64,000 bases of DNA from Klebsormidium nitens. Lineage: Eukaryota > Plantae > Klebsormidiophyceae. The stretch spans positions 62,001 through 126,000 of the forward strand of contig DF236993.1 in the NCBI GenBank assembly GCA_000708835.1, written 5' to 3'. Positions within the stretch are counted from its first letter, which is position 1, and each line of letters begins with the position of its first letter. Positions 22,389 to 34,400 of this stretch are shown here, piece by piece. The notes beneath the pieces were generated by a model. The model saw nothing but the letters and a program-made list of their open reading frames with translations, made no database searches and had not been told where the DNA came from. The position numbers were made by a program, and so were the translations under genes.

Positions 22389-24457
22389 CGCGTGATGCCA
22401 ATAGAAATCTGTTGTCTGCGCCGTAGATTTGCCAACGCTCAGCTGGCGATGCTGGTGGAGAATAAAATGCTTGGCAAGTTTGACCGACCACTTTGTAAGA
22501 TATTCTCAGCCTAACAACCGGCTGGCAATAGCCAATCGGTCAGTTTCACCGGTTTGACATGGAATCAAGCTATCATCCGGGACAGCTTAACGTCATTTCG
22601 ACGACTTTGCAGTGTATATTACCCCTAGATATGGCCAAAGACGCTAAGTGTATGTTACGAATACGTGATCTACCTGTAGCAAGGGGTCTTCAGATGTTTG
22701 GAGCGCCAAGCTTCCTTCGGCAGCGGGCTGGGGGTAAGTTTTCAAAGTGGGCGAAGGCGATGTATGTTTGGTTCATGCAATCTTCAGTGTCGGAAGCCCA
22801 TGCACTCCTGGTAGTTTAGAACGGTGACGGTGAACCTGATGTAACTCAAGTACTGAGCTTGAGCTATGTTAAGTATTGTTAACCCATGCTTACTTGTCAT
22901 CTGTATGGGAGCCTGGCTGGTAATGGTTCGAACTGAGGGGCCTTGCTTTTTTGCCAGATGTGAGTTAGGTTGGACTAAGAAGGTCTGCTAGGCTGCTCAA
23001 GAGCAGCTAGTGCAGGCTTGTCACTCCTATCGTCAACTTTGAACCTGGCAGCTGTCATGTTGCATCTAGCACCCGATAGTGGCATGTTTGAAGTGCGCGA
23101 CGTTTAATTTGCGCATCTATCATTTTCACGAGCGAACCGGCTAGCTTTCAAGTGCGATCATGCATATCAGCATGTATACAATTCAAAATTGTCAGGATGC
23201 TGTGACAAATCAAGTGCATTAAGCTCGGATCCCATGTATACCACTTTCTCATGTGAGCTGAATGGCCCTGCTTTTACCCGCCACCTATCATGGCCCCGGC
23301 CATACACTGCATACATATGAATGTGGTTAACCCGGGGCCGCCCACATCCTAAGAAGTTCACTAAACGACTCAATGTGCTTTTGAACAGGAGTGAGCGCAA
23401 ATTTGCAATCATTGCAATGTAAACTGAGGCACATATCCGGACAAGTAATTTGACTACATGTATATTTGATCAAGGAGGGGCTGTGATAGGATTGTTTATA
23501 TGTGGCCACTTTGAGGACATGATGATGCGAAGTCTCTATGACCTTCTTTACGTTGTGGCAACACAGCAAGACTTCGTACAAGGTAGACCATGTCTTTTAT
23601 CAATAGCAAGTGCAAAGAGCAGGTACAGGATGACTGGCTTGGCTGTTGCAAGGGAGCACATGAACCTGAACATGAAGCAGTTGCATCACATCCGAAGTCG
23701 GGTTCCAAGAAAGTAGCACAACAATCATACGTGGGTATGGATTAAATTCTTAGAACAGAACGGTCCCCGGTATCATCTACGTTAAACCTCATCCATTATG
23801 GGATTCTCTCCCAACAGTATGACTTTACATTTGAGTCTTGAGGAGACTCGGAAATGAAGCGAGAATCTTCAGGACGTGACAGAAGACTTCTTCAACAGTG
23901 CCTTCAGGACAGAACAAAAGACTCTTTATAGAGAGCCTGCAACAAATTAGCAATATCAATGTTCTGTTTGCCTCTTAGAGGCTCTTGTCATTAACAAGAA
24001 AGAGGTCTTCCAGTTGGCCAGTCTTTCTTGACTGCTTCTCAAGTGCCTCAGTTGATTGTTTATCCTACAGTTCTAACTTACAATTTCAAGAGGCATCTAC
24101 AAAAGCAGGTAAGGATGCATACCGACCACTTTGTTTGACAACCGACTGAGGACTGGAGGTGAGGGACTCTAGCTTTGACTGAGAGTTCCTATGGTATGCT
24201 TCCGAGTAATGCCTCAGGGGGTGGTCCTGAATCTAGGCCCCCAGATTATTTCTACTGTTCAGGCAGACAGCCAGAGGAGCTCCTCCAAGCAGCTCCCGCA
24301 GTTACGCAAAAGACATTATATCAGAGAAACGTCTGCAAGGTATTTTTCCCGCTGGATTACCAGCCTTTCGCTCCATCATTGATGAACAGATTACAGTACT
24401 ACTCTTACAGACGTCAATTGATTTTAAAGGCAAATGGAGGAGCCATGAGACTCCCTG

Positions 24458-25075
24458 TCAGCTCCTAAGCGCCTCTTCCAGCAGCTGCTGCGCGCTCTCC
24501 AGTCTACTCATCCTTCTCCGCTGCTGCATTGCTGCATCCCCAGGGAAGGCCGCCTCGAAGTCCGCCTTCAGGATCCTGACTCCCTTCCTCTTCCCCTTCG
24601 TAGCCTTCCTAATAGGCCGCAGCTTCAAGGGGGCTCCAGGACACCGCAGCACCAGGGGGACCCGATTCTCCTTCGGCGTCTGAGGGCAATCGTCTTCCCC
24701 TTCTGAGAACAGATCATCCATTCTGCAGTCCAGCACGCTGTTCGGCGATAAAAGCTGCAGGCTTGGCTCTGCTGAGCAGTAGTTGCTCTCACAGCACTCA
24801 AGGACTGGCCGCAACTGGCTGCGGGTGAGGGGTCCTGCGTTGCTCATTCTGAAGTCCATTGCCGTCAGGCTCCCGGTAAAGAGGGACACCAGGTCAAGCG
24901 CCATTTGGTCCTTGACAAGTGTTGCAGAGGGGAGTCTCATTTTACCCATGGACGCAACTCCTTCCCAACTTTTATTGAGAAGCTCAATGAGGGGAGTACT
25001 GCAGAAGAAATGGCCACTTCTTGCCTGTGGAAATGACTTTACCCAAAATTGACCGCCGGGCCTGCCTTGACCCAC
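24458..25075 (-). CDS. SMR: SIAMESE-RELATED (SMR)-like cyclin-dependent kinase inhibitor, single exon; true start uncertain (may be an internal Met)
   Basis: The ORF contains DCPQTPKENRVPLVLRCPGAPLKLRP (codons 24688-24623) and then ILKADFEAAF. These match, in order and spacing, the SIM/SMR motifs C-x-TP, IP, CPPAPxK and D(L/F)ExxF. Confidence 0.7.
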   Translation of the reverse strand: MGQGRPGGQFWVKSFPQARSGHFFCSTPLIELLNKSWEGVASMGKMRLPSATLVKDQMALDLVSLFTGSLTAMDFRMSNAGPLTRSQLRPVLECCESNYCSAEPSLQLLSPNSVLDCRMDDLFSEGEDDCPQTPKENRVPLVLRCPGAPLKLRPIRKATKGKRKGVRILKADFEAAFPGDAAMQQRRRMSRLESAQQLLEEALRS

Positions 25076-25368
25076 AGGCTTGCCTCCTACCTACTGTATT
25101 CGTGAGGTCGTGAGTTGCTCCTGAGTCCTGTGATTGGAGAAGACAACAATTGTGGCGCAAGCAAATCCTGTGTGCTGCAAAATCGAGTCTGGTCGAATCT
25201 CATGAGAGCTTCGTCAGACGTTTGCAACTCTGCGACTCCCAATCTCTGACATGGCTTCACTGCGCACTCTACGGCCAAGCGAACACGCCGCGCTTGTACA
25301 GCCCTGAAATCAAACGCACGTACAATCATTGTACGTGACCATGACCGCAGGCTACGCAAGACTATTTA

Positions 25369-25632
25369 CCGTAGAGACATTGTCCATTCGCACTAAAATA
25401 ATTATTTTTAGGGCTTGCGAAAAAAGTTTTATTACTTTCGACGCAGGTGCGAAAATGCGAATCAAAAATAATACCTGTAGAAGCTTCAAATCCTTCAAAA
25501 TGAGGCCTAAAAAAGTCCAATTTTGGAAAAAGCGAAAATTTTAATAATATCGTCGATGCTAATTCGAAATGACAAAACGTTCATAAATAAATATTCGCAC
25601 CAAGGTGGTGCGAATGGACAATGTCTCTACGG
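25369..25632. mobile_element. MITE, Tc1/mariner(pogo)-type, 264 bp
   Basis: Perfect 25-bp terminal inverted repeats CCGTAGAGACATTGTCCATTCGCAC (25369-25393 and 25608-25632), flanked on both sides by TA (25367-68, 25633-34). AT-rich non-coding interior. Confidence 0.9.
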
Positions 25633-28401
25633 TAGGAAGGTAACCGCAGTGCGGCGCAGTCCCCATTGTTTGGAGAGTTGCTTCTTGAGTACACATTGAC
25701 GGTACGGTACCGGTACCAAATCTGGTCGCGCTACCGTTTTCCATCTCAGCCTGAGGCTTCTGGAACCTGGGGGCTCTGTGTGGTTGAGTCGCTCGAAATC
25801 AGTGATAAAATCTTTGATATTTGCACAGTATCGACGACCAGATAAGCGTTGTGGCTTTATCTGACGGCTGAGTTCAAACTTGGTTCGAGATTGTTCCAAA
25901 TATCTGAATTTTGTGGCGACGGAGTGGTCACGTAGCTATGTCCAAGTCCAAGATTGAAAGATTCTGGCGGGAAACTACGAGGTAAGTCGCAAATAAATCT
26001 CTGCCAGGTGTCATTGTCACGTGTATGGACAGTTTTTGATTGGTCTGTGAGTTTCTGGCAGCTGGCCCCTCGCAAGCCCTGCCACAAACTCGCCAGAGAA
26101 TCTCGATTTAAGTACATGGCACCATGGGCAGCGGTACGGCAATGTCTTCCCTCGGGGGCAGTACACCGACTGTTTAGCGTCGAAGTCGTCGCTGGTCAAT
26201 AATAAGTTTTTATTAGGTAGACCTAATAGAACGATCTGTTTCAGCGTACCGTAGTTTGACCCTCCGCAAACCATGCCCTCGCCCGTATTAGGTACCGGGT
26301 GAATAGGTAGAAGTCGGGACTCGGTACCCAGGTCCCTGGGCCGGACTTACGGTCTCGTGCTACCGGTACCTGGTTCCGCGGCGCGCAGTCCCTGGCAACC
26401 CGGCTAGCTCAGACTCCAGACTCCAGAGTTCAGGACCAGAGCCTAGACTGCTAGCTCAAGCCTCAGATACCTGTAACCTAGGTACTCAGAGGCCATGGGG
26501 GCCGGGGCTGCGTTATCCTTCACCGAGTTTCGTACAATCATGTGGGTGCCTCTTTAAGAAATTCAAGCGTCAAAAGAATATCCATGCGATTATTGGAATC
26601 TGTAGCGTCGTCATGCGCTAGATTTGTTCGCGGAGGCCTTATTTAGCACGGACTTGCCAAATATACACGCCATATCAGGGTCATTTGGGCGACCATGGAG
26701 AACTGTCTATTCCCCCTCTTTCGCTCCTTCTTGCGAAATCAGGCTTCCAAAATAAAGCAGATACCTTCATGGACAACATGAATTTTCGATAGCCTCTATG
26801 ATCACTCAACAAATTCAAACTCAATGCTACGATGGTACGGATCAGCCGGGAGTCGCTTCGACTTCAGTTCGATATGTATTTATGAAGGCATCAAGGGAGT
26901 GCCAGCTGGCTGGTCCTTCATGATGCAATTGGACAGAATGGGCTCCGACCTGGCGACCATGCAAAGTCACCATGCACATTGCAGAGTCTTTCGATCCTTA
27001 AGATTTTGAACATAGGTTGCTACTAGGGGCTCGCATCCCGTACTTGTCTACCTCCTTACATTCGTTGGGCTGATCGGCACTGATCCGACGGTGTGGCTAG
27101 GGCCTGATAGTGGGGCACCATGCAACATGATTCTCACCACTTTACAGGTTCCCATATTTCATAGGCTGGGCGCCGCTTATTATGCCGGACCTCTTGCCAT
27201 CAAAGACCGCGAGGAGAGTTGCAAAATATTGCTGACAAACGATAAAGATATCCTTTCCATCTCATGCATCCTATGGTGAAGACGATTGGCTCGCACACCA
27301 ATTGGTCTTCCATTCGAACTTCAACAATCTTTGCATCCCATCGTCGCCCGATTAAAGCCTAACATTGCCTGGAAAGTTTATCATCCGAGCTCCTGTGAAA
27401 GCTACGGAGCCAAATGGGCCCGGCTCTAAACCAATCTTGCCACAAGTGGTGACTTGACGACATCCTAATTCGGAGAAGAGTCTCGAGTAAGGATACTAAC
27501 ATTATGGAGGAACGATGAAGTATTGGCCACTTCCATCAATGCGAAACTGCGGAGCAGCTGCAGCGCTTCTTTCTAAAGGTTCCCCTGTGTATGGATCAAA
27601 CCGGAATTGTGGAGCCGGCGTCGCGGCAGCACCTGCGAAGTTGCAAAGCGTCGTACATTAATTTTCTCCTCAAGGCGGCTTCGGAGGTTGGGAATCCAGA
27701 AGTGGCATACAAGGACCTGGTCCTCACGTATTCGATTCCTCCAAAGGCTTTTGTACGCACTTCGTTGTTGCACCCCGCTAAAAGTGACAGTAAAGAGCTC
27801 GCCCCGCCACAGCTCAAGGTGTGCTCGCATGGTGGCACTGTGATGCCACGGAATCGATTGTTGTGAAGTTGAGGGCAGTAGCAGCAGCAAGATTCACCCG
27901 TGTGGACCAAGACAACAACGTACTTATCGCCTGCAGACTGAGAAATACATAAAGGGCGGCAGCTTGCAGACTGAGGAACTGTTGCGCAACGTGGTTCCTT
28001 ATCATTGCTGAAACCTTGGGGACGACCCTCGTAGACGGAGTCTGGCCCTTGCTGCGTAACAAATCAGGTTCAGTCCTCACCCATTGGGGCCAATCTACCA
28101 TCCCAGAAATCTGCAAACGACTGACTCCGATTACGCCGACTAGATCCACAATGACCACACACCTGGCTTTCAAACAGCAAACAAGAACCTTGGCCATCTG
28201 TGCGAGGCCACGCAACAGTTCACAGACCCCTCCCCGATCCCTGAAGCATCCATCCGGTTGAGAACACCCAATGTCCGCAAGCAGAGAACGAAATTTGCAC
28301 AAGGGGACCACCAACGGTTGAAACTTAATGGCTGAAATTGAACCTCACAGTCAAACGTTTGTGAACACTATTGTAAGCTAAGGCTGACGCGAAGCGCCCA
28401 C

Positions 28402-31400
28402 CTGCTGCTCTGCTCTGTAAGCCGAGCGCGTGTCCCGTGAGCTCCGCAGAGTAAGCGCCGTACGGTGCGAGTGCCGCGGCGTCACGTCCGTCGTCGTACA
28501 AGAGCTCGTCCTCGTGGGGCAAATTGTGGGGCGGCCGCTCCAACCGACCGTACGACCTGTGGGGAGGTCGATTCAATTGGTGAAACATGACCTGAGAATT
28601 CTCGATTCGACCATCGAAATCGATCATCCGACCTGCAGAAACTCGATTCGGACCATGAGAAGTTTATCACACGACCTGCAACAGATTGGATTCGACCATG
28701 GTGAGTCGGTCGTACAAAAGCCAAGAGTTTCAGTGCGACCATGATGAACGGCTCATCTGTAGAAAGAAAGTTTTTCATTGACGAGGGTTGCTCCAATGAA
28801 CCACATGACCTGCACGAAGATTGGATCCGATCATCGGCCATCAGTGAAAGAAAATTTATCCAAAATGACGAAGGTTGACATGACTGTCTAGCAAAAGGGC
28901 AATTGTTACCGCGGATAATCTGCAGTTGGCAAGGGCGACGAATCCCAAGAAGACTATGGAGCGATGGCCGGGGCGAGCAATCTGCAAGCTTGAGGAAGCT
29001 TGAGCAGGCAACGACGATGCCGAGCGACTACAAAATAAAGGTTAAAGAAAATTTATTCAGAACGAAGAAAACCGATGGGCGAGTGAAAGTATTATACAAA
29101 TCCCGCTCGATTACTTGGAAGCAAGCAGACAATCTCGGTACTGCTGCTGCTGTTCAGACCGGATTTCACATTATACGTTCAGGCTGATCATTTAATCACA
29201 ATGTGCCCCTACCTGGGTGCCTCGGAAAGAAAGCTTCTGCCGGAGCCCACAGCCAAACCCGAGGCCGGCCGCCCGTAGCCCTGCCCCGTGCGGCCAAGCG
29301 AGTAGCCGAGGGGGGGGTCGCTCGCAGAGGGCGCGTTTGCCCCTCGGGGCGGGTAGTCCCAGTCTGAATCAATCTGCTCCACGTAGTTGGTAGCACTGGC
29401 GGCGAGCTCTCGTCGAACCTGACGAAGGAGATTCAGCTTTTTCATATCTTGCTTCTTGATGATGCGCTACTGCGCATTAGTCGGTTATTAAAGAAATCAA
29501 GGGGTATTCTTTGAGGTTTTCATGCTCGCTGCTAGGGCACGAGTGAACGACCTCCGTCCTGAGAATAGAGAAATCTAGTAAGCGCCGGAAATTTGGCGTC
29601 TGGAAAGAAGCGCTTCCACGTCCAAGTGGGCCCCTTGCTGTGCCCTGCGCGTACACAACGTGGAGCACTGTTCGAGCATGCCGGATCAACGCACTCACAG
29701 AAACCGGACCGATTGACAAGGCGCCTCAAACTTGGAACCTCACTCGTGCAACCGCGCTGTCCAATACAACCCCTCTTCGGGCCTTGCGTCCGAGTCCTAG
29801 TCGCCACCCAACATCAAGCACTTCAGATCTAAAGTAGATGAGATTCGCGAACCTCCAAAAGTCCGACTCGGGCACGCTATATGCAGGGTCGACTATTGCA
29901 GGGCAAGACTGTGATACATGTCCGAGGTGCGGTCTTGGAAGTCGACAAATCATTCACACTGGGCCTCTCGGGACGAATCAAAAACCACGTCGAAATTGAC
30001 ATATCGCCCCTGTGTCTAGGGCCCCGAGCAGAACGCTGACTGTCAAAACCTTCACGCGTGCAATTTCACCGTTGAGAATGACTCCTTTTCCAGGCGCCGG
30101 GGTGCAGGTCTTGCTGAAGCAGACAATCAAGCACGGCAAGTCGAAGTCTCAGAACAGGGCGGCCAACTCGGCAAGCCTCCAAAATCCTGAAACTCTGTCC
30201 AATGATGCCTCACCCGCGCTACTTCTCCGTCGAGGTAAGCCCCCTTGCTGCGCACCGCCTGCAGGTCCATGCTGGTGAACTGGTGAAGCACGGCAAATCC
30301 AAATCTCAACTCCTTGTCAGAAACTTCAGCGAGCCTCCGGAACCCTAAAAACATGACCGTTGAAACCTCACCCGCGCTACTTCTCCATCGAGGTAAGCCC
30401 CCTTGCTGCGCACCGCCCGCAGGTCCATGCTGGAGAACTGGTCGAGCACGCTCGCAGCCGCCTGCTCCGGCAAGTCCCGCAGCGAGTCCAAAATGTGGAT
30501 GTCGACGTCGTGGCGCGAGGCGACGCCGTCGCGGAAGATGCGCGTCAGCTTGTGCGCGACTGGGGAGGGGAGCGCGTTGATCGCCTCGTCATACGGGTCG
30601 AGAGCCTGCAGGGGACACGCGTTCTGTGAGTTGCAGGCTGAGAAGGCTGAAAAAACTTGGTGCAGACCGTGTAAGCATCTCTGCGCTCATGAAAATTCAA
30701 TTAAAGAATAGCCAAGTGAAGTCTGTTGGTCTCTGTAGCCATGGGGCAGTCTTTGAATTTATTTGTGGACTACAAATTATCGTGCAAGGATTGTGAAAGT
30801 AATGAGGAAACAACTCGGTTGACAGGAACCACCTCAGTCCGTACCAAGGAAGAGGCGCTCCTACCCAACGACCTCCTTCTGGTTAACAAGTCAACCGCTC
30901 ATACCTCGACCTCGAGCTGATCCCTTTGCAGGAACGGAAATCTGCAGTTCCAAAACAATTGAGGTTGGCGTGGCCCCTCACCTGTCCCGGATACTTGCCC
31001 ATTCCCGCTGCATAACTCCCCCCCCGCTGCAGCTTCCTGTACGGCTCAAGCTCGACCCCCCTCGCACCAAACCCCCCCTCCCCGATCCTCCCAAAGTCCC
31101 CCTTACGATCGTCAAACGCCCCCCTCGCCACGTCAACCTCCCCGCGCCGCCCCACAAACCCGGGCGCCCTTTCCAGGTCGTCATACGCCGCCCCCATGAC
31201 GTCAACGAACGCACCGCCTCTGCTCGCATACCCGCCCCCCGCCGACCGCCCCTCGTATGGGGGCCGATCGAGCTCCGCATACGCTGTCCCAATTTCGGGG
31301 GGGTAGTCCCGCTCGTAACCGCCCCTGCTCCCATACCCCCTGGAAGGAGGCCCGTCCCGGCTAAATGGCCGCAGGGGCTCACCGAACCCCCGGTCATAGC

Positions 31401-34400
31401 CGCGGTCGTAGCCACCCCCCCCAAACCCCCTGTCGACATATACCCGATCCCCCCGGTCCGCATAAGCACTCCTCCCGCGCCCCCTGCTACTACGACCGAG
31501 TCGGCCCCGGTCGTAGGCGTCACCATAGCCGGAATCGCTGAACCCAAGCGCGGGTTTGGGGTAGGAAAAGTCGGAAAAGTGTCCCGGTCCAGGGGGCGCG
31601 GGGCTGCGGAGGGCGGCGTGGCGGGCCCCGCGGGGGTCTTCGCGGTCGGGACGGGGGCGCTTCTTCAGGGGGATCTTCTCGGCGGGCTTTGCGAGTTGCA
31701 CCTACGAGGGGGGAACATAAGGAGACGTTGAGGTCTCGGCTTGCCATCCTGATTTCCTGTCGCCAATGAAAATGTTCTACTGGGGGTATAGAAGCGCAGC
31801 AACTGGAGGAGAAGAAGACTTCTAGAAAGCGGCCGGTGCGCTCGCAACGTTGCACGCACAGAAAGAGGAGTAACGTAGCGGGTCAAGAGAGAGACTAAGA
31901 CGACACCTGAACTCGGAGGTGGACGAACGTGTATCCATCAACGGACGGGCTCCAGAATTCCTAGCTTGCTCGTCCGCTCTCCGCATCAGCACAGGAGAGC
32001 ACTTTTTGACACCTCAAATATTGGAAGCAGAGAAGTCCCTACGAATTTCAACCAGATTGGAGAATTTTGTGGCAGCACGAGCAGCATCTTAGAACGTTTA
32101 TCTGCTATGTCAGCTTCGGACCATTATAGCTTTAGTCCACCAGGAGGGTCAAGTCAAAGTCCATGAGAGAGTCTGGACTCACCTGCCGCTTGCCACTCGG
32201 ACCGCCAACTTTCAACGGACATCAAATCGAACTCAATAAGATGTCTTTTTTGGACAACAAGCGAATTGACTGAAAGGTCTGACTGCATGCGCCCGCCTGC
32301 AGCTCCAATTCTCCGACTCTCGACTACTTTCCAGGTTAGGACAGAAGCAGGCTCAACAGAGACACATGTGTTCACCTGCAGCTTGAATTTCGGACCGTCC
32401 GGGATCTCGACCACCTTCCCGTCCAGCTCCTTGATCGCAGCGTCCAGCGACCGGCGCTCCTCGTAATGGACAAACGCGACGGGCGTACTGGTCTTGCGAG
32501 AGATGGCGACGCGAATGATCTGCATTCACCGACCAAAGTGCATCAGGCATCTGCGCATTTCAAGATCAAAGAAAGACGAGGAAGAAGTACGATCAGTAGG
32601 TCATTCGACAAAGCTGTGAGACCTCGTGCGAGATGACTGAACAAGACTCTTGACCTCAGTCGAGATGACGAAGATCGCTGTTGTTGTGCGATTGAGGATG
32701 GAGACCGCTTGCAAGAAGAAAAAGTAGATTGTTGGGATTTTTTTCAGGCTTACGTAGCTATCCTTCTATACGTTTCAGTGTCCTTTCGCTTTAGTAGAAG
32801 ACGCCGTACTCGCATTAAATACGTTTCTCCTTTTGCATTCGTGATATAAAATCTTCGAAAGGATACTGTATCGCTCTGAAAGTGGTTCGGAGCCTTTTCG
32901 CTTTTTTCGGTGCTGCCCGGATGGATCATGACACCACTTGTCCGCCCCGATCAAAAAGGAATCTGCTTTTTCAAGACGTGTCGACTTTCGGATGCAGGCA
33001 TTTGAGCGGGCCCAAAGAAAGGGAAAAGTCGTAGGCGAGGTGGGATAGCCATAATCAGCAGCGAGCAATTCGTCAATCATGAAGGCTTGTTATATCGTCA
33101 ACGTCCTCAATTGCCTCGCTCTCAGACCGGTTAAGTACAAGGCGATGCATGCAGTTTTGAATCTCAAAAGGGGCCACACTAACTTATGGACACCACCATT
33201 TGAGGATCGTGTAGCCACAAATTGTCCGTGGCCCCGAAATACAAAGCAGAGCTCACCGGTCCAAAAGGCTCGAAGTGCTTCGCTAGGAATTCCTCCGTGA
33301 CCTCCTTTGGCAGGTTGCCCAGAAATGCAGTCGTGACCTGCACGCGAAGCGCGTGACATTTTCAGGATAGCGCGAAGATCCCTTCTCTATCTCACGGACG
33401 TTGATCTCAGTCCATTGCCAAGCAGAGACGCGCTGTCTGAAGCAGAAAGAATCTCTGCAGCAACATTGTGCAACTTCGAGGAAATAGAAGAGGAGACAGG
33501 CTGGTGAACACCTCACTCAATTGCAAGATAGACTTGATAAGCAGTGAACGCGGTGGAAGACAAGCTCTACACGGTTTACGGAGAGGACGAGATCTGTGGA
33601 TGGGCTCCAGAGTGCGCCTCATGCCAAAGACCATCTCACTCCTGAGCTGGCAGCAAATCTTACGGTTTCTACTAGAACAATCCCGGCTTTACTCAGTACA
33701 ACAGGTTGAGTATGTCAGGCTGAGTATGTCCTTCTGCACAATGCTCGCCTTTGCCATTTCTTCCTCAGGAATCTCGGGATCGGTGTCGGCCCAGTCCACT
33801 ACGGGCTTCCACTTGCCTCCCAGTAAGAAGTCCCCGCGCTGAGCAAGCCGGTACGCACGGGCCGCAGCCTGCAAAGAAACACGGATAAGCCTAAAGCCCG
33901 AAGTTCTTGTTCCCTTTCCGCTGCCTTTCTGGAAGCTTTACGTGCCTTCAAGACCTGCGATTTTGGTTCTTGGTAGGACGTAAAGCAGCGAACGGGCGCT
34001 TCTCGATGCTTACAAAGGGCCGCCACAAGAGGAGACGAAATTCTGGAGAAAGGTGACGCCACCAGGCAAGCCACGGCACTGGCCAAAGTTGTGCTGCAAG
34101 ATTAGTCCAGGCAAGCACTCCCACGCGCTTACAGTCGGTGGTATATCTTTTTTGGTAGTTGGCCTACTCATGGTCAACCTGCTATGACGACTGCTTGTCA
34201 CCATTCTCATCCAGTTTGGAAACCAATTCGAGGAGCCTTGAGAAACATTCAACGTTCTCCCAGTTGCCTTTGTCTCAGGGTCAGGAAGTATTCACTTTCA
34301 GTTGGCGGTATTAGACTAGACCGCTGATGGGACAGAGGGTCACTACCGGCACACTTCTTGAAGACTGATTTCAGCAAGTGATGACCCGAGGGTCCTTTCT

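Noticed and set aside
22800-24200. Short ORFs in an AT-richer intergenic block (possible decayed gene or TE)
   Set aside because: No recognisable motif, termini or phase-consistent exon chain.
27573-27910. Cys-rich ORF (CCCYCPQL...PCEHTLSC) as a RING finger or as the final hnRNP exon
   Set aside because: Cys/His spacing does not fit RING. An acceptor in compatible phase exists near 27935, but there is no supporting homology, so the gene's 3' end is left unresolved.
30970-31731. Pro-rich 253-aa plus-strand ORF and 189-aa minus-strand ORF
   Set aside because: Antisense and alternative frames of the RGG-rich exon of the hnRNP-Q-like gene.
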